The notes under the pieces were generated by a model. It had not been told where the DNA came from, did not search any database, and saw only the letters and a program-made list of their open reading frames with translations. Source: an uncultured Gemmatimonadaceae bacterium (GTDB taxonomy: Bacteria; Gemmatimonadota; Gemmatimonadetes; Gemmatimonadales; Gemmatimonadaceae). From it: a stretch of DNA of 64,000 bases. Within the stretch, counting starts at the first letter, position 1; every line of letters begins with the position of its first letter. A program made the position numbers and the translations under genes. Shown one piece after another: positions 1-12,523 of this stretch. The stretch lies in assembly GCA_963781585.1 (NCBI GenBank), contig CAWAGQ010000004.1, positions 576,001 through 640,000 on the forward strand, given 5' to 3'.

Positions 1-764
1 GCGATGCCGAACTTCGACTGCCCGGCGTGACGGGGATAGAGCGGCACCTCCACTTCGGTGGCCGAGAATCCCTGCGCTTCCGCGAGGACGATGATGTAGC
101 GGTGCCAGTCGGGACGCACCGGCACGTGTTCCATGACCTCGCGCCGGTACGCCTTCACGCTGTTCAGGTCGCGGATCCGGGTCTCGAACAACAGCTGGGA
201 GAGCCGGTTGTAGATGCGGGACACGAAGGCCTTCTCGTACTCACCCTGCTTCCGTCCCGCCACCATGTCGCATTCGCCCTTGAGAATGGGCGCGACGAGA
301 CGCGGGATGTCCTCCGGCTTGAACTGCAGGTCCGCGGGATAGAAGACCAGCACGCCGCCGCGCGAGTGGAGGTACCCGGTGCGGAGGGCGTCGGCGATGC
401 CGCGCTGGGCGCGGTGGCGCACGGTGTGCAGAAACGGATACCGCTGGCGCAATTGCTGGAGTACAATCCAGGTATCGTCGGCCGACCCGTCATCGACGAC
501 GATGACCTCGAACCGCCAGGCCGACGACGCGAATGTCTGCGCGGCCTGCTCCATGAACAGCGGCAGGTTCTCGGCCTCGTCCTTCGCCGGCACGAGCACC
601 GAGACGTCGACGGACGGCCGCGACATGGCGGGCGAGGCGGGGTCGACCCGCTCCACGTCGACCGGCGTCGTTCGCGGGGCGTCGGACAACGGGAGTTCGG
701 ACTCGCGCGGCGGGTCGCCGATCCGCGCGGTTCGGCCGGAGGATTCGGCCGTCCGGCGTTCCAT
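1..764 (-). CDS. Family 2 glycosyltransferase (polyprenol-phosphate sugar transferase, ArnC/DPM1-like); 3' end runs off the window
   Basis: Minus-strand translation gives DVSVLVPAKDEAENL and TEVEVPLYPRHAGQSKFG. ATG at 764 overlaps the rpoN stop; an alternative in-frame ATG is at 626. Confidence 0.8.
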   Translation of the reverse strand, partial: MERRTAESSGRTARIGDPPRESELPLSDAPRTTPVDVERVDPASPAMSRPSVDVSVLVPAKDEAENLPLFMEQAAQTFASSAWRFEVIVVDDGSADDTWIVLQQLRQRYPFLHTVRHRAQRGIADALRTGYLHSRGGVLVFYPADLQFKPEDIPRLVAPILKGECDMVAGRKQGEYEKAFVSRIYNRLSQLLFETRIRDLNSVKAYRREVMEHVPVRPDWHRYIIVLAEAQGFSATEVEVPLYPRHAGQSKFGI

Positions 765-2257
765 CAGAGGCGCTTCCGCATGCGAGCCGACAGCACCCCC
801 AACTGGTCACGGTACTTCGCAACGGTGCGGCGGGCGATGTTCACGCCCTGGTCGCGGAGGACGTTCACGATCGCCTGATCGGTGAGGGGTTCCCTGGGGT
901 CTTCGCCCTCAACCAGCTTCTGGATCTGGTCCTTGATGCCGCGCGCCGAGACGTCTTCCCCTCCCGTCGTGCTCAACCCCGACGAGAAGAAGAACTTGAG
1001 CGGCAGCACGCCGCGGGGCGTCTGCACGAATTTCTCGTTTGTCACCCGGCTCACCGTGCTCTCGTGCATCCCGATGTGCTCGGCCACCTCACGCAGGGTG
1101 AGGGGCCGGAGGTACTGCACGCCCTTCTCGAGGAAGTCACGCTGCCGCTCGACGATGAAGTTCATGACCTTGAGCATCGTCTGACGCCGTTGTTCGATGG
1201 CCTGGATCATCCAGTTGGCCGAGTTGAGCTTGGAAGAGATGAACTCCTTGTTCTCTCCCTCGAACTTGCGGCGATCGCGCGCCACTTCCTGATAGGCGCG
1301 GCTCAAGCGCAGCCGCGGCAGATTGCCGTCGTTGATGAAGACGTGATATTGCCCGTCGATCTTCTCCACGACCAGGTCGGGCGTGATGTAGTTCTCGGTT
1401 TCGCTTCCGTATCGCAGGCCCGGCTTGGGGTCGAGCTTCGCGATTTCGTCGGCGGCCTGCTGCACCTCCGCTGCGCTCACGCCGAAGCGCTTGGAGATCT
1501 CGCTCCAGCGGTGGCTGATGAGTTCATCGAACGCATCCCGGACCAACTGTCCCTGGATCGTCTCCTGGCGCCCTTCCTCGCGCAGCTGGATCAGGAGACA
1601 TTCGCGCAGGTCGCGGGCGCACACGCCGGGGGGATCGAGCTTCTGGATGATCGCAAGCATCTCCTCCGCTTCCTGCTGGGTGTAGAGGGGCAAGTCGCCC
1701 TCCAGCCCCTCCTTCTCGGCCGCGCTGGCGACCACCTCGTTGATCCCCTCCAGCAGCTCGTCGATGGAACAGGCGAGGTAGCCGTCGTCGTTGATGTTTC
1801 CGACGAACTCCTCGGCCAGGAGGTGCTGGCGCGGCGTCAGATCGAGGAGTGCGACCTGATCGCGGAGGTGGTCATCGAGGTCGCGGCGCTCCACCGAGAC
1901 GGGTTCGAAGTACTCGCGGTCTTCGCGCTGTTCGCGCATGCCGCCGGTCTCGAATCCGTCAAGCAGGATCTCCTCCCAATCGATCTCCCCGTTGTCATCC
2001 TGCTTGGGTTCCTCGACCGCCGTCGGGGTCTCGGTCACGTCGGTTGGGGTTTCGGCGCCGTCCTCCGAGGGCGTTTCCTCCTCCTCCTCGTCTTCCGGCT
2101 CGACGAGCTCGAGGAACGGATTATTGAGCAGCTCCTGCTTGAGGTGCTGCTGGAGATCGAGCAGCGGCATGTAGAGCAGATCCATCGCCTGATACAGGCG
2201 AGGATTGATCTTCAGCTCCTGCCGGAGCTGGGTGCTCTGACTGAGACCGGCCTTCAT
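764..2257 (-). CDS. rpoN: RNA polymerase sigma-54 factor
   Basis: Gln/Leu-rich region I, HTH (HESTVSR) and RpoN box ARRTVAKYR. Confidence 0.97.
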   Translation of the reverse strand: MKAGLSQSTQLRQELKINPRLYQAMDLLYMPLLDLQQHLKQELLNNPFLELVEPEDEEEEETPSEDGAETPTDVTETPTAVEEPKQDDNGEIDWEEILLDGFETGGMREQREDREYFEPVSVERRDLDDHLRDQVALLDLTPRQHLLAEEFVGNINDDGYLACSIDELLEGINEVVASAAEKEGLEGDLPLYTQQEAEEMLAIIQKLDPPGVCARDLRECLLIQLREEGRQETIQGQLVRDAFDELISHRWSEISKRFGVSAAEVQQAADEIAKLDPKPGLRYGSETENYITPDLVVEKIDGQYHVFINDGNLPRLRLSRAYQEVARDRRKFEGENKEFISSKLNSANWMIQAIEQRRQTMLKVMNFIVERQRDFLEKGVQYLRPLTLREVAEHIGMHESTVSRVTNEKFVQTPRGVLPLKFFFSSGLSTTGGEDVSARGIKDQIQKLVEGEDPREPLTDQAIVNVLRDQGVNIARRTVAKYRDQLGVLSARMRKRL

Positions 2258-3465
2258 CGGCCGGTTCCCTGCGCGGCGAAGCGCGAGCGCAGGCGGGCGG
2301 TGAGGGTAGGTCCAAGGTAGATGCGCGACACCTCCTCGTCGAAGACGAGTTCCTGGACGGTGCCCGAGACCTTGACCTGTCCGTCGAACATGATGTAAGC
2401 CCGATCCACGATATCGAGCGTCTGCTCCACGTTGTGGTCGCTGATCAGCACGCCGATGCCGCGATGGCGCAGCCCGGCCACGATCGACTGAATGTCGTGG
2501 ACTGCGATCGGATCGACGCCGGCGAATGGTTCATCGAGCATCATGAATTTGGGCGAGGTGACGAGGGCACGGGTGATCTCCAGCCGCCGCCGTTCGCCGC
2601 CCGAAAGTGAATATGCCTTGTTGTGACGCAAGTGCTTGATATTGAGCTCGTCCAGCAGAGCCTCCAATCGAGCCCGACGCTCCTCCTTGCTGATAGGCAA
2701 CGTTTCCAGGATGGCCAGGATGTTCTCCTCGACGGTCAACTTCCGGAACACCGAGGGCTCCTGTGAAAGGTATCCGATTCCCCGGCGGGCGCGCCGGTAC
2801 ATCGGCATCCGGGTGATATCCTCGCCGTCGATCCGGATCCGGCCATGGAGGGGGTCGATGAGGCCGACGATCATGTAGAAGGTAGTGGTCTTCCCGGCGC
2901 CGTTGGGGCCGAGCAAGCCGACGATTTCACCCTGGTGCAGCCGGACATCGACGTCGTCCACGACCCGTCGCCGCCGGTACGCCTTGACGAGGCCGTCGGC
3001 TTCGAGCGTGCTCCCGGTAGCCGGGGTTGCGGCCGGCGTGGCGGGGCGCGCCGCGGTGGAGTGTTCGCCGGTGCGCCGCGCCGCGGCCGCCACGGCCGTG
3101 CGGTGCGGCGAGATGTCCTGCCAGACGTCCGGCGCCACACGCGCCCGAACGCCGGGGTCACCAAGGGCACCGACGGGAAATTCCACCAATCCCTGACTCG
3201 TTAGGCGCGGGAGTACGGAGTTGGTCAGGAAGTCCCGGACCTCGTCGAGGCTGAGGCGCCCCGCCTCGCGGTCGGCATCCAGCCCTCGCGCCCGCATGCC
3301 CTCCAGGTAGTCGTTGCGGAACCGGACGGCGACCTGGTCGAGTGTGGCGTAACCGTCCGCATCGGCTTCGCTCAGCACGGAATGGAGCGCGAAGCCCGCC
3401 GAGCGGTCCCCGCCGACCCGCTGCTCGAGCAGGTCGCGGATATGCGGTGGCAGCGACGCGCTCAC
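2254..3465 (-). CDS. lptB: LPS export ABC ATPase LptB with a ~150 aa N-terminal extension
   Basis: GPNGAGKTT Walker [30 protein letters not shown]; located between lptA-like gene and rpoN; start overlaps the upstream stop. Confidence 0.93.
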   Translation of the reverse strand: MSASLPPHIRDLLEQRVGGDRSAGFALHSVLSEADADGYATLDQVAVRFRNDYLEGMRARGLDADREAGRLSLDEVRDFLTNSVLPRLTSQGLVEFPVGALGDPGVRARVAPDVWQDISPHRTAVAAAARRTGEHSTAARPATPAATPATGSTLEADGLVKAYRRRRVVDDVDVRLHQGEIVGLLGPNGAGKTTTFYMIVGLIDPLHGRIRIDGEDITRMPMYRRARRGIGYLSQEPSVFRKLTVEENILAILETLPISKEERRARLEALLDELNIKHLRHNKAYSLSGGERRRLEITRALVTSPKFMMLDEPFAGVDPIAVHDIQSIVAGLRHRGIGVLISDHNVEQTLDIVDRAYIMFDGQVKVSGTVQELVFDEEVSRIYLGPTLTARLRSRFAAQGTGR

Positions 3466-4970
3466 CGCGGAGGCTTCCGCGGCGGAGCGCCGGGCGCCGC
3501 CTTTCGCCCGGGAGTCCGGGACGCGCCAGTCGTGTCGGGAACCAGGTACAGCCCTGCGGCCTTGTCCTGGATCGTGACGGTCGAGACCTCGCCCCTGGCG
3601 AACTCGATGTGGATGATCCGGCCGCGCGCGTAGTTGATCCCCGGCTTGGCGCGGTCGCCCTTCTCCGCCGGCACCTGGTAGAACGAACTCGCCTGCCCCG
3701 AGGCGACGATGTCGTGGACCTGCGGCCGCGAGGTGGTATCGCTGGGCGGGATCGAGTCGAACCGGGCGACGATCGTGTCCCCGCGCAACCAGTCGCGCTC
3801 GCCTGACTTCACTTTCATCGTGTCGGGCGGATCCGATTCGGCGTACGCCTTCCCGATGGCCCGCAGCAGCCGGACCCGCTGATGTGGCATGACGATGTCG
3901 AGGGAGTCTGCGACGATCGTTCGCTCCGGCGTGACCGCGGTGGCGCCGGCCGGCCCGAAGGCGAATGCGCGACTCAGTTTGCTGTCGGCGACCCGGAGGT
4001 CGATCGTGTCGGACGTCAGCGTCAGTTCCTTGCTCTCGGCGCGGGCTGAGTCGATCGCCAGAACGCGATCAAGCGACCGGGTTGCCCCGAACAGGTCGAT
4101 CACCCGGCCATGGAGCGTGAACGGCTCCGAACCGTGGCTCACGATCACCGGTTTCTTCATCAGCCGCGAATAGTGGCGCTCGGTGTCGGCCGTCCCCGAG
4201 TCGCCCGTCGCCACGAGGTCCTCGCGATCCAGCACCACCTTCCCTGACGCGTAGAACTTCGTCTCGCCCTCGCCAACGATCACGTCTGCGTTGAGCGTTG
4301 CGGGGGGCTGCGGCCGTCCAAGCGAATCCTTCTCTGTGTATGTGAGGGTCGGGCGTTCGGTCGCGACCAGCCGTGCTTGCGTTCGGATGCCCTCCACCGC
4401 CCGGAAGTATTCGGCGCGCGAGCCCACCATTACCCCGCCGCTGTCGGGCTCCTCAGCGCGCACGTTTCCCTCGAACAGGAGGCGCTCGTCTGTCTGGTAG
4501 TAGGTGACGCGGTCGGCGTCGATCGCGATGCGCGGCTCGCGGTAGTGCACATGACCGATGAGGATGTGCAGTCGGTTCGCCTCGTAGCTCTCACCGCTGT
4601 CAGCCGAGATGGTGATGTCCTGCGCGCGACACTTTCCGCGGATCCCTTCACCGATGTACGTCGTGTACGCCCCGGTTACGAGATCCTTGACGCGGAACGT
4701 CGTGGTGTTGGGCGTGTTGGGAAGGTCGAGCAGGCAGCGCCGGCCCTCGTCGGGAGGTCCGGCGGCAGCCGGGGCGCCTGGGGACGGGGCGGCGCGCGGT
4801 GCATGCGCGGTGTCCGGCGGGGGCGCGGCGTGTGTCGTATCGGGTGCTCGCGGCGGGACGGCGGCCGAGGCGGCCGGCCCAGGTGACGGTGCCGCTTTCG
4901 GGCCGTGGGCACACCCGCCCGCGACCAGCAACACACCAAGCGCCACACCGAGTTCTGGACGGCGCGTCAT
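3462..4970 (-). CDS. Long LptA/OstA-like beta-jellyroll protein, predicted lipoprotein
   Basis: Sits between lptC and lptB; repeated OstA-type segments ([34 protein letters not shown]); lipobox-like LVAGGC. Confidence 0.7.
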   Translation of the reverse strand: MTRRPELGVALGVLLVAGGCAHGPKAAPSPGPAASAAVPPRAPDTTHAAPPPDTAHAPRAAPSPGAPAAAGPPDEGRRCLLDLPNTPNTTTFRVKDLVTGAYTTYIGEGIRGKCRAQDITISADSGESYEANRLHILIGHVHYREPRIAIDADRVTYYQTDERLLFEGNVRAEEPDSGGVMVGSRAEYFRAVEGIRTQARLVATERPTLTYTEKDSLGRPQPPATLNADVIVGEGETKFYASGKVVLDREDLVATGDSGTADTERHYSRLMKKPVIVSHGSEPFTLHGRVIDLFGATRSLDRVLAIDSARAESKELTLTSDTIDLRVADSKLSRAFAFGPAGATAVTPERTIVADSLDIVMPHQRVRLLRAIGKAYAESDPPDTMKVKSGERDWLRGDTIVARFDSIPPSDTTSRPQVHDIVASGQASSFYQVPAEKGDRAKPGINYARGRIIHIEFARGEVSTVTIQDKAAGLYLVPDTTGASRTPGRKAAPGAPPRKPPR

Positions 4971-5515
4971 GGCTTCGGAATACGGACGGGTTGTCCACTG
5001 GCCTTGGCACCGCGCAGAATCCGCATGTGATTCATATCCGGATCGGAAATGAAGCCGATGCCTTCCACCACCCGATCGGATTCGGTCATCGTGAACGCAC
5101 TGTCGCTGGAGATCTCGTTGCTGGCGGAGTTGTACTTGAGCTGCTGGGTCTCCAGCTTGCGGCCGTCCTCGCTGACCACGACGACGTTTCCGCGTGCCTC
5201 CATATCTCCGGTGCGCATCCGGTAGGTGCCGGCGAGCGATGTGAGCACGGCGTTCTTGACCCCCTCGGCCGTGAAGAACGTCGTTCGCACCTGCTTGAGT
5301 TCAGTGCGCGTGTTCTCGTCGTAGGTCAATGCGGTATCCGCCATCACTTCGCCGTGTCGGACGCCGGCGTCGGTCAGCAGAAAGTGCACGCCGAACGCCA
5401 TCTGTTCAGCGGAATCCGGCAGGACGTTGGCGTGCAGGACGGGCGGCGACCTGGGTTCCTGACACGCGACGAAGGCGCAGCACATGGCGATTCGGATGAG
5501 GATTCGGGTACTCAC
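4967..5515 (-). CDS. lptC: LPS export periplasmic protein LptC
   Basis: ARGNVVVV, LETQQLKY, VEGIGF motifs and operon context. Confidence 0.85.
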   Translation of the reverse strand: MSTRILIRIAMCCAFVACQEPRSPPVLHANVLPDSAEQMAFGVHFLLTDAGVRHGEVMADTALTYDENTRTELKQVRTTFFTAEGVKNAVLTSLAGTYRMRTGDMEARGNVVVVSEDGRKLETQQLKYNSASNEISSDSAFTMTESDRVVEGIGFISDPDMNHMRILRGAKASGQPVRIPKP

Positions 5516-6477
5516 GCCACCCCAGCTCTCATGAGATCATGCAAGTGCGCCACGCCCACGACTCGGCGGGCGTCGTCCACCACGGGCATCGCCATGATGC
5601 CGATTTGCTCCATCCGGTACACCACCGCACTCGCAAGTTCCTCTGAGTGCGCGACTTTGGGCGAGCGCGTCATGACGCGCTCGAGCGGGATGTCGAAGAT
5701 GTCGCTGGTGTGCTCGAGCAGCCGGGTGAGATCCCCCGCGGTGAAGACGCCCGCGACCTGCTGATCGTCCCCCACCGCGACGACGATCCCGCGCCGCTCC
5801 GCAAGCCAGACCACTGCCTCGCGCATCCTCGCGGATGGAGGAAGCAACGGCAGGCGGTCGGTCTCCATGACCTCGCGCACGCGCATGATCAGCTTCCGGC
5901 CCAGCGAGCCCCCGGGATGCAGCCGCGCGAAATCTTCACGCCGAAATCCCTTGCGCTGCAGGACCGCCACGGCGAGCGCGTCTCCCAGGGCCAGCGCCGC
6001 GGTGGTGCTCGTGGTCGGCGCCAGATCGTGCGGGCACGCTTCCTCGCGGACGGCCGCGTCCATCACGGCATCGCATTCCCGCGCCAACGTCGAATCGGGA
6101 GCGCCGGTGAGCGCGATGGTCTTCACACCGAAGCGCCTGAGGTGCTGAAGGAGCGCCAGCAGTTCCCCGGATTCACCGCTTTTCGAGAGCAGGATGGCGA
6201 CATCGCCGTCGCCCACGATTCCCAGGTCGCCGTGCAGACTTTCGACCGGGTGGAGGAACGCGGCCGGCGTGCCGGTGGAGGCGAGCGTAGCGGCGATCTT
6301 TCGCCCCACGTGACCCGACTTGCCCAGACCCGAAACGATCACGCGTCCCGGCGCTGCCGCCACGAGGTCGACGGCCCGCGCGAAGTCGTCTCCGATACGT
6401 TGCTCCATGCGCGCGATGGCCTCGGCCTCCAGCCGAAGAACCCGGCGCGCCGTAGCGATCGCTTCGTCGCGCGTCAC
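5512..6477 (-). CDS. kdsD: Arabinose-5-phosphate isomerase (KpsF/GutQ family, SIS plus CBS domains)
   Basis: GLGKSGHVGRKIAAT, HGDLG, APTTSTT, HPGGSLG; GTG start at 6477 overlaps the kdsC stop. Confidence 0.93.
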   Translation of the reverse strand: MTRDEAIATARRVLRLEAEAIARMEQRIGDDFARAVDLVAAAPGRVIVSGLGKSGHVGRKIAATLASTGTPAAFLHPVESLHGDLGIVGDGDVAILLSKSGESGELLALLQHLRRFGVKTIALTGAPDSTLARECDAVMDAAVREEACPHDLAPTTSTTAALALGDALAVAVLQRKGFRREDFARLHPGGSLGRKLIMRVREVMETDRLPLLPPSARMREAVVWLAERRGIVVAVGDDQQVAGVFTAGDLTRLLEHTSDIFDIPLERVMTRSPKVAHSEELASAVVYRMEQIGIMAMPVVDDARRVVGVAHLHDLMRAGVA

Positions 6478-7082
6478 GAAAGCTGCTCCGACACGCGACT
6501 CATTACGTACTGATCCACCAGGCCGTCCCATTCGCCGCGGGCGCGCAGCAGCAACTCGGCGAATTCGCGCACTGCCCCCTCGCCGCCGCACCTGGTGAGT
6601 TGCAGGGCCGCGCATCGCCGGGCATCGAGGCTGCAATTGGCCACCACCACCGGCAGCCCGACGGCGCGGAGCACGGCGAGGTCGGGCAGGTCGTCGCCCA
6701 CGAACGCGGCCTCCTCGAATTCCAGCTTGTGGCGCGCCAGTACGCGCCGCAGTGCCGGGAGCTTCCGCGCGTGCTCGTCCTGCACGACGTCGTCGATCCC
6801 AAGCTCCTTCGCGCGCAGTGCGACGCTCTCGGAAACGCGGCCGGTAATGATGGTGGTCACGATGCCGGCCCGCTGCAGCATCTTCATACCGATGCCGTCC
6901 TGAATGTCGTAGCGCTTGAACTCGAGTCGCTTTCCGGCGACGTCGCCGAGGTAGATGCCGCCGTCGGTGAGAACGCCGTCGACGTCGAAGCCCACGAGGC
7001 GAATGCGACGAGCCAGGGCGCGATCGATTCGTGGCGGTGCCGCTGGCCGGTTGACGGCGGCGCGAGGCGACCGGGGTGTCAC
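6474..7082 (-). CDS. kdsC: KDO-8-phosphate phosphatase (HAD family)
   Basis: FDVDGVLTDG, DGIG, VGDDLPD, GGEGAVRE. Confidence 0.92.
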   Translation of the reverse strand: MTPRSPRAAVNRPAAPPRIDRALARRIRLVGFDVDGVLTDGGIYLGDVAGKRLEFKRYDIQDGIGMKMLQRAGIVTTIITGRVSESVALRAKELGIDDVVQDEHARKLPALRRVLARHKLEFEEAAFVGDDLPDLAVLRAVGLPVVVANCSLDARRCAALQLTRCGGEGAVREFAELLLRARGEWDGLVDQYVMSRVSEQLS

Positions 7083-7936
7083 GCGTGTACCGCGTCCCAG
7101 ACGCGCCGCACTTTCCCGATCAGGCCTTCCAGATCGGTCAGCGGCAGCATGTTCGGGCCGTCGCTCGGAGCGCGATCGGGATCGGGGTGGGTTTCCAGAA
7201 AGAGGCCGTCTGCGCCGGCGGCCACCGCCGCACATGCGAGGGCGGGAATGAACTCGCGGGCGCCGCCGCTCGCGCCTCCCTGCCCCAGTCCCGGACGCTG
7301 TACCGAGTGCGTGGCGTCGAACACGACCGGCGCTCCAGTGGCGTTTCGCAGGCGACCGAATGTCCGCATGTCCACCACCAGGTCGCCGTACCCGAAGAAC
7401 GTGCCGCGCTCAGTGATTGCCACGGGGAAAGGGAGGCCCTGGGCTGCCACGCGTGCGCCCGGGTCATCAGCTCCGGCTGCGTGCCGCCGCGCTCCCAGCA
7501 CCTTCTCCAGGGCGCCGCACATGCCTTCCGGTGTCATCCACTGTCCCTTCTTCACGTTCACCGGGCGGCCAGTCGCGCCGGCCGCTTCGAGGAGATCGGT
7601 CTGGCGGCAGAGGAACGCGGGAATCTGCAGGACATCGACCACGCGTGACGCCGCCGTGCACTGATCGGGGAGATGTACGTCGGTGAGCAGGGCGAGTCCC
7701 GACGCAGCGCGGACCCGGGCCAGCCTTGTGAGCCCCTCATCGAGGCCCGGGCCGCGGTGGGCGCCGGCGTTCGCACGGTTGGCCTTGTCGAAGCTCGCCT
7801 TGAAGATCACGCCTCCCGGCACGAGGGGCGCAAGCCGCGCGAGCTCGTCGGCGACTCGCAGGTTCAGCGTGTCGTCCTCGAGCACGCACGGCCCCGCGAT
7901 GAGAAACAGCTGCCCGCGCGGGAAGCCGTCGAGCAT
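7079..7936 (-). CDS. kdsA: KDO-8-phosphate synthase
   Basis: IAGPCVLE, FKASFDKANR, QIPAFLCRQTD, DATHSVQ. Confidence 0.95.
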   Translation of the reverse strand: MLDGFPRGQLFLIAGPCVLEDDTLNLRVADELARLAPLVPGGVIFKASFDKANRANAGAHRGPGLDEGLTRLARVRAASGLALLTDVHLPDQCTAASRVVDVLQIPAFLCRQTDLLEAAGATGRPVNVKKGQWMTPEGMCGALEKVLGARRHAAGADDPGARVAAQGLPFPVAITERGTFFGYGDLVVDMRTFGRLRNATGAPVVFDATHSVQRPGLGQGGASGGAREFIPALACAAVAAGADGLFLETHPDPDRAPSDGPNMLPLTDLEGLIGKVRRVWDAVHA

Positions 7937-7938
7937 GT

Positions 7939-10370
<2,432 letters not shown>

Positions 10371-10402
10371 GCACCCGGAAAGCGTGGGAGGGCGTGCGTC
10401 GA

Positions 10403-10418
10403 TGCAAAAGGCACGCCA
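10403..10418 (-). promoter_or_regulatory. Candidate sigma54 (-24/-12) site upstream of kdsB
   Basis: Minus strand TGGCGTG-CCTT-TTGCA gives GG-N10-GC, close to consensus TGGCACG-N4-TTGC, in the short intergenic gap. Confidence 0.5.
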
Positions 10419-10445
10419 TTCAAGTTATAGGCCGGTGGGTGCGAA

Positions 10446-11861
10446 TCAAAGGTGAGGGGGCGCAAGACGGCCACCAACAATGTCCGCCTTCCATTCCGTC
10501 GCCGCCCGAACCGCACCGCGGAAGCCCTGCAGACCGTACCACAGACAGACGATCGACAGGAGGCGACCCGCCACCGTGACCAGCAGCAGCGACGAGGCCA
10601 CCATGGCCGCTTCGTGATGGAAGACCCGGTCGGTGAACAGGGCGACGGCCGTGGGGCCCAGCGCGCCGATCATGTTGACAAGAAAGAGATAGAGCGCGGA
10701 GATCTGAGCGCGCATCGGCGACGGCGTCATCTCCTGGAGCGCCGCGGCGGCCGCACCCCACGGCAGGGCGGCGGCGATGTTCGTAACGATAAGCCCGGCG
10801 ATGAGCACGTCGAATCGCCGTGTCGTATACAATGGAATGGCAGCCGCCAGCGCGAGGGCGGATCCCATGATCCCCACCTGCATGTCGCCGTCGACTCGAC
10901 CCCGTTGCTTGAGCCAATCGGACAATCGGCCGCCGGCGAGAATCCCCAGGGAGCCAAAGATGACTGTCGCGCCTCCCATGTAGACGCCCACCTGTCCAAT
11001 CGTCCAGTCGTGTGAACGCTCGAAGAAGGCCGGAAACCAGAATGCGGTGCCGTAGTTCACAAGAGCGAAGATCGCAAACCCGATTCCCTGGCCCGAAAAG
11101 GCCCTCGGGTGCGCGCGCACGTAGCCGAACGCCGTCCGCATCGGCAGCGCCGATGGCAGGCGGCCCGGAACGGCGCTGCGACGGGGCTCTCGCACCGTGA
11201 GCAGGAGCAGTGCGACGGCGATTCCGGGGGCGCCCACCAGCACCAGCACCGTCTGCCACGGTCGAAGCTCGCCCACCATGGGAACGTGCCACGGCGGCGT
11301 CGCCTGCACGAGCTGGATGACCGCGCCCCCGATCCAGTAGGCCAGCCCGGATCCGAGGAAGATCCCTACGCCGAACAGGCTCATGGCGCTCGACAGGCGT
11401 TGCTGAGGGAAGTAGTCGGCGATGAGGGAAAAGGCGGGTGGCGTAAGGGACGCTTCCCCCACGCCTACTCCCATGCGAGCGAGGAAGAGTTGCCAGTATC
11501 CCCGGGCGAGTCCACTCATCGCGCACATGACGCTCCACACGGCAGCACCCCAGCCAATGATTGCCCGGCGGCTGCGCACGTCCGCCAGGCGACCAATGGG
11601 GAAACCGAGCACGGAGTAGAAGGCAGCGAAGGCGAGTCCTCCCAGCCAGCTCACCTGCGTGTCACTGAGGGCGAGGTCGCTCTTGATCGGATCCACCAGC
11701 AGCGAGATCACCTGTCGATCGATGAATCCCGAGACATTCGCCAGCATGAGGACAATGACTACGTACCACGCGTAGATGCCCGGGCTCCGCACCTCGCCGG
11801 GATCCGGCTCGGCCGTGCCCGGTCCTGCCGGACTGTCCGGGTCGTCCGCGGAGCGGCTCAT
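10446..11861 (-). CDS. MFS transporter (Spinster-like)
   Basis: About 12 hydrophobic segments; FIDRQ, GRLADVRSRR motif A, ARMGVGVGEA. Confidence 0.88.
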   Translation of the reverse strand: MSRSADDPDSPAGPGTAEPDPGEVRSPGIYAWYVVIVLMLANVSGFIDRQVISLLVDPIKSDLALSDTQVSWLGGLAFAAFYSVLGFPIGRLADVRSRRAIIGWGAAVWSVMCAMSGLARGYWQLFLARMGVGVGEASLTPPAFSLIADYFPQQRLSSAMSLFGVGIFLGSGLAYWIGGAVIQLVQATPPWHVPMVGELRPWQTVLVLVGAPGIAVALLLLTVREPRRSAVPGRLPSALPMRTAFGYVRAHPRAFSGQGIGFAIFALVNYGTAFWFPAFFERSHDWTIGQVGVYMGGATVIFGSLGILAGGRLSDWLKQRGRVDGDMQVGIMGSALALAAAIPLYTTRRFDVLIAGLIVTNIAAALPWGAAAAALQEMTPSPMRAQISALYLFLVNMIGALGPTAVALFTDRVFHHEAAMVASSLLLVTVAGRLLSIVCLWYGLQGFRGAVRAATEWKADIVGGRLAPPHL

Positions 11862-11874
11862 GCACTCTCCCGGC

Positions 11875-12474
11875 TCATCGACGAACGCGCTCGTTCGCCG
11901 CCGACGCCAGTCGCAGGAAGTTCCCGAGCAGCGTCTTCCCGTCCTGCGTCATGATCGACTCGGGATGAAACTGCACGCCCCATACCGGGTGCGCGCGATG
12001 CGCTACCGCGTGGATCTCGTCGGGGTCGTCGTCGGCGACTGCCACGACTGCAAGGGAGTCGGGCAGCGACGCGCTCTCCGCGATCAGGCTGTGGTAGCGC
12101 ATGACCTCGAGTGGCGACGGCAGCCCTTCGAAGAGGCCCGAGCGGTCATGCCGCACGCGTGATGTCTTGCCGTGCATCACCCGGCGCGCGCGCACCACCC
12201 GTCCGCCGTACGCTTCGGCAATGGCCTGATGTCCCAGGCACACTCCGAGCACCGGAGTGGTCGCCCCCAGGTGCCTGACGAGAGGCACCGAAATTCCTGC
12301 TTCAGCCGGGGTACAGGGTCCCGGCGAGATGACGATGGCGTCGGCCCCGAGCGCCGCCGCATCAGCCACGGTGATCGCGTCGTTCCGGAACACGCGGGGC
12401 TCCTCGCCCAGCTCCCCGAGATACTGGACCAGGTTGTAGGTGAAGGAATCGTAGTTGTCGATCACCAGGATCAT
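11875..12474 (-). CDS. Aminodeoxychorismate/anthranilate synthase component II (PabA/TrpG-type glutamine amidotransferase)
   Basis: IDNYDSFTYNL, SPGPCTP, GVCLGHQ, QFHPES. Confidence 0.93.
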   Translation of the reverse strand: MILVIDNYDSFTYNLVQYLGELGEEPRVFRNDAITVADAAALGADAIVISPGPCTPAEAGISVPLVRHLGATTPVLGVCLGHQAIAEAYGGRVVRARRVMHGKTSRVRHDRSGLFEGLPSPLEVMRYHSLIAESASLPDSLAVVAVADDDPDEIHAVAHRAHPVWGVQFHPESIMTQDGKTLLGNFLRLASAANERVRR

Positions 12475-12523
12475 GACGGCGCGCCACGAAGGTCGCGAGC
12501 CCGTGTCGTCCCGCCCAGGGGCG

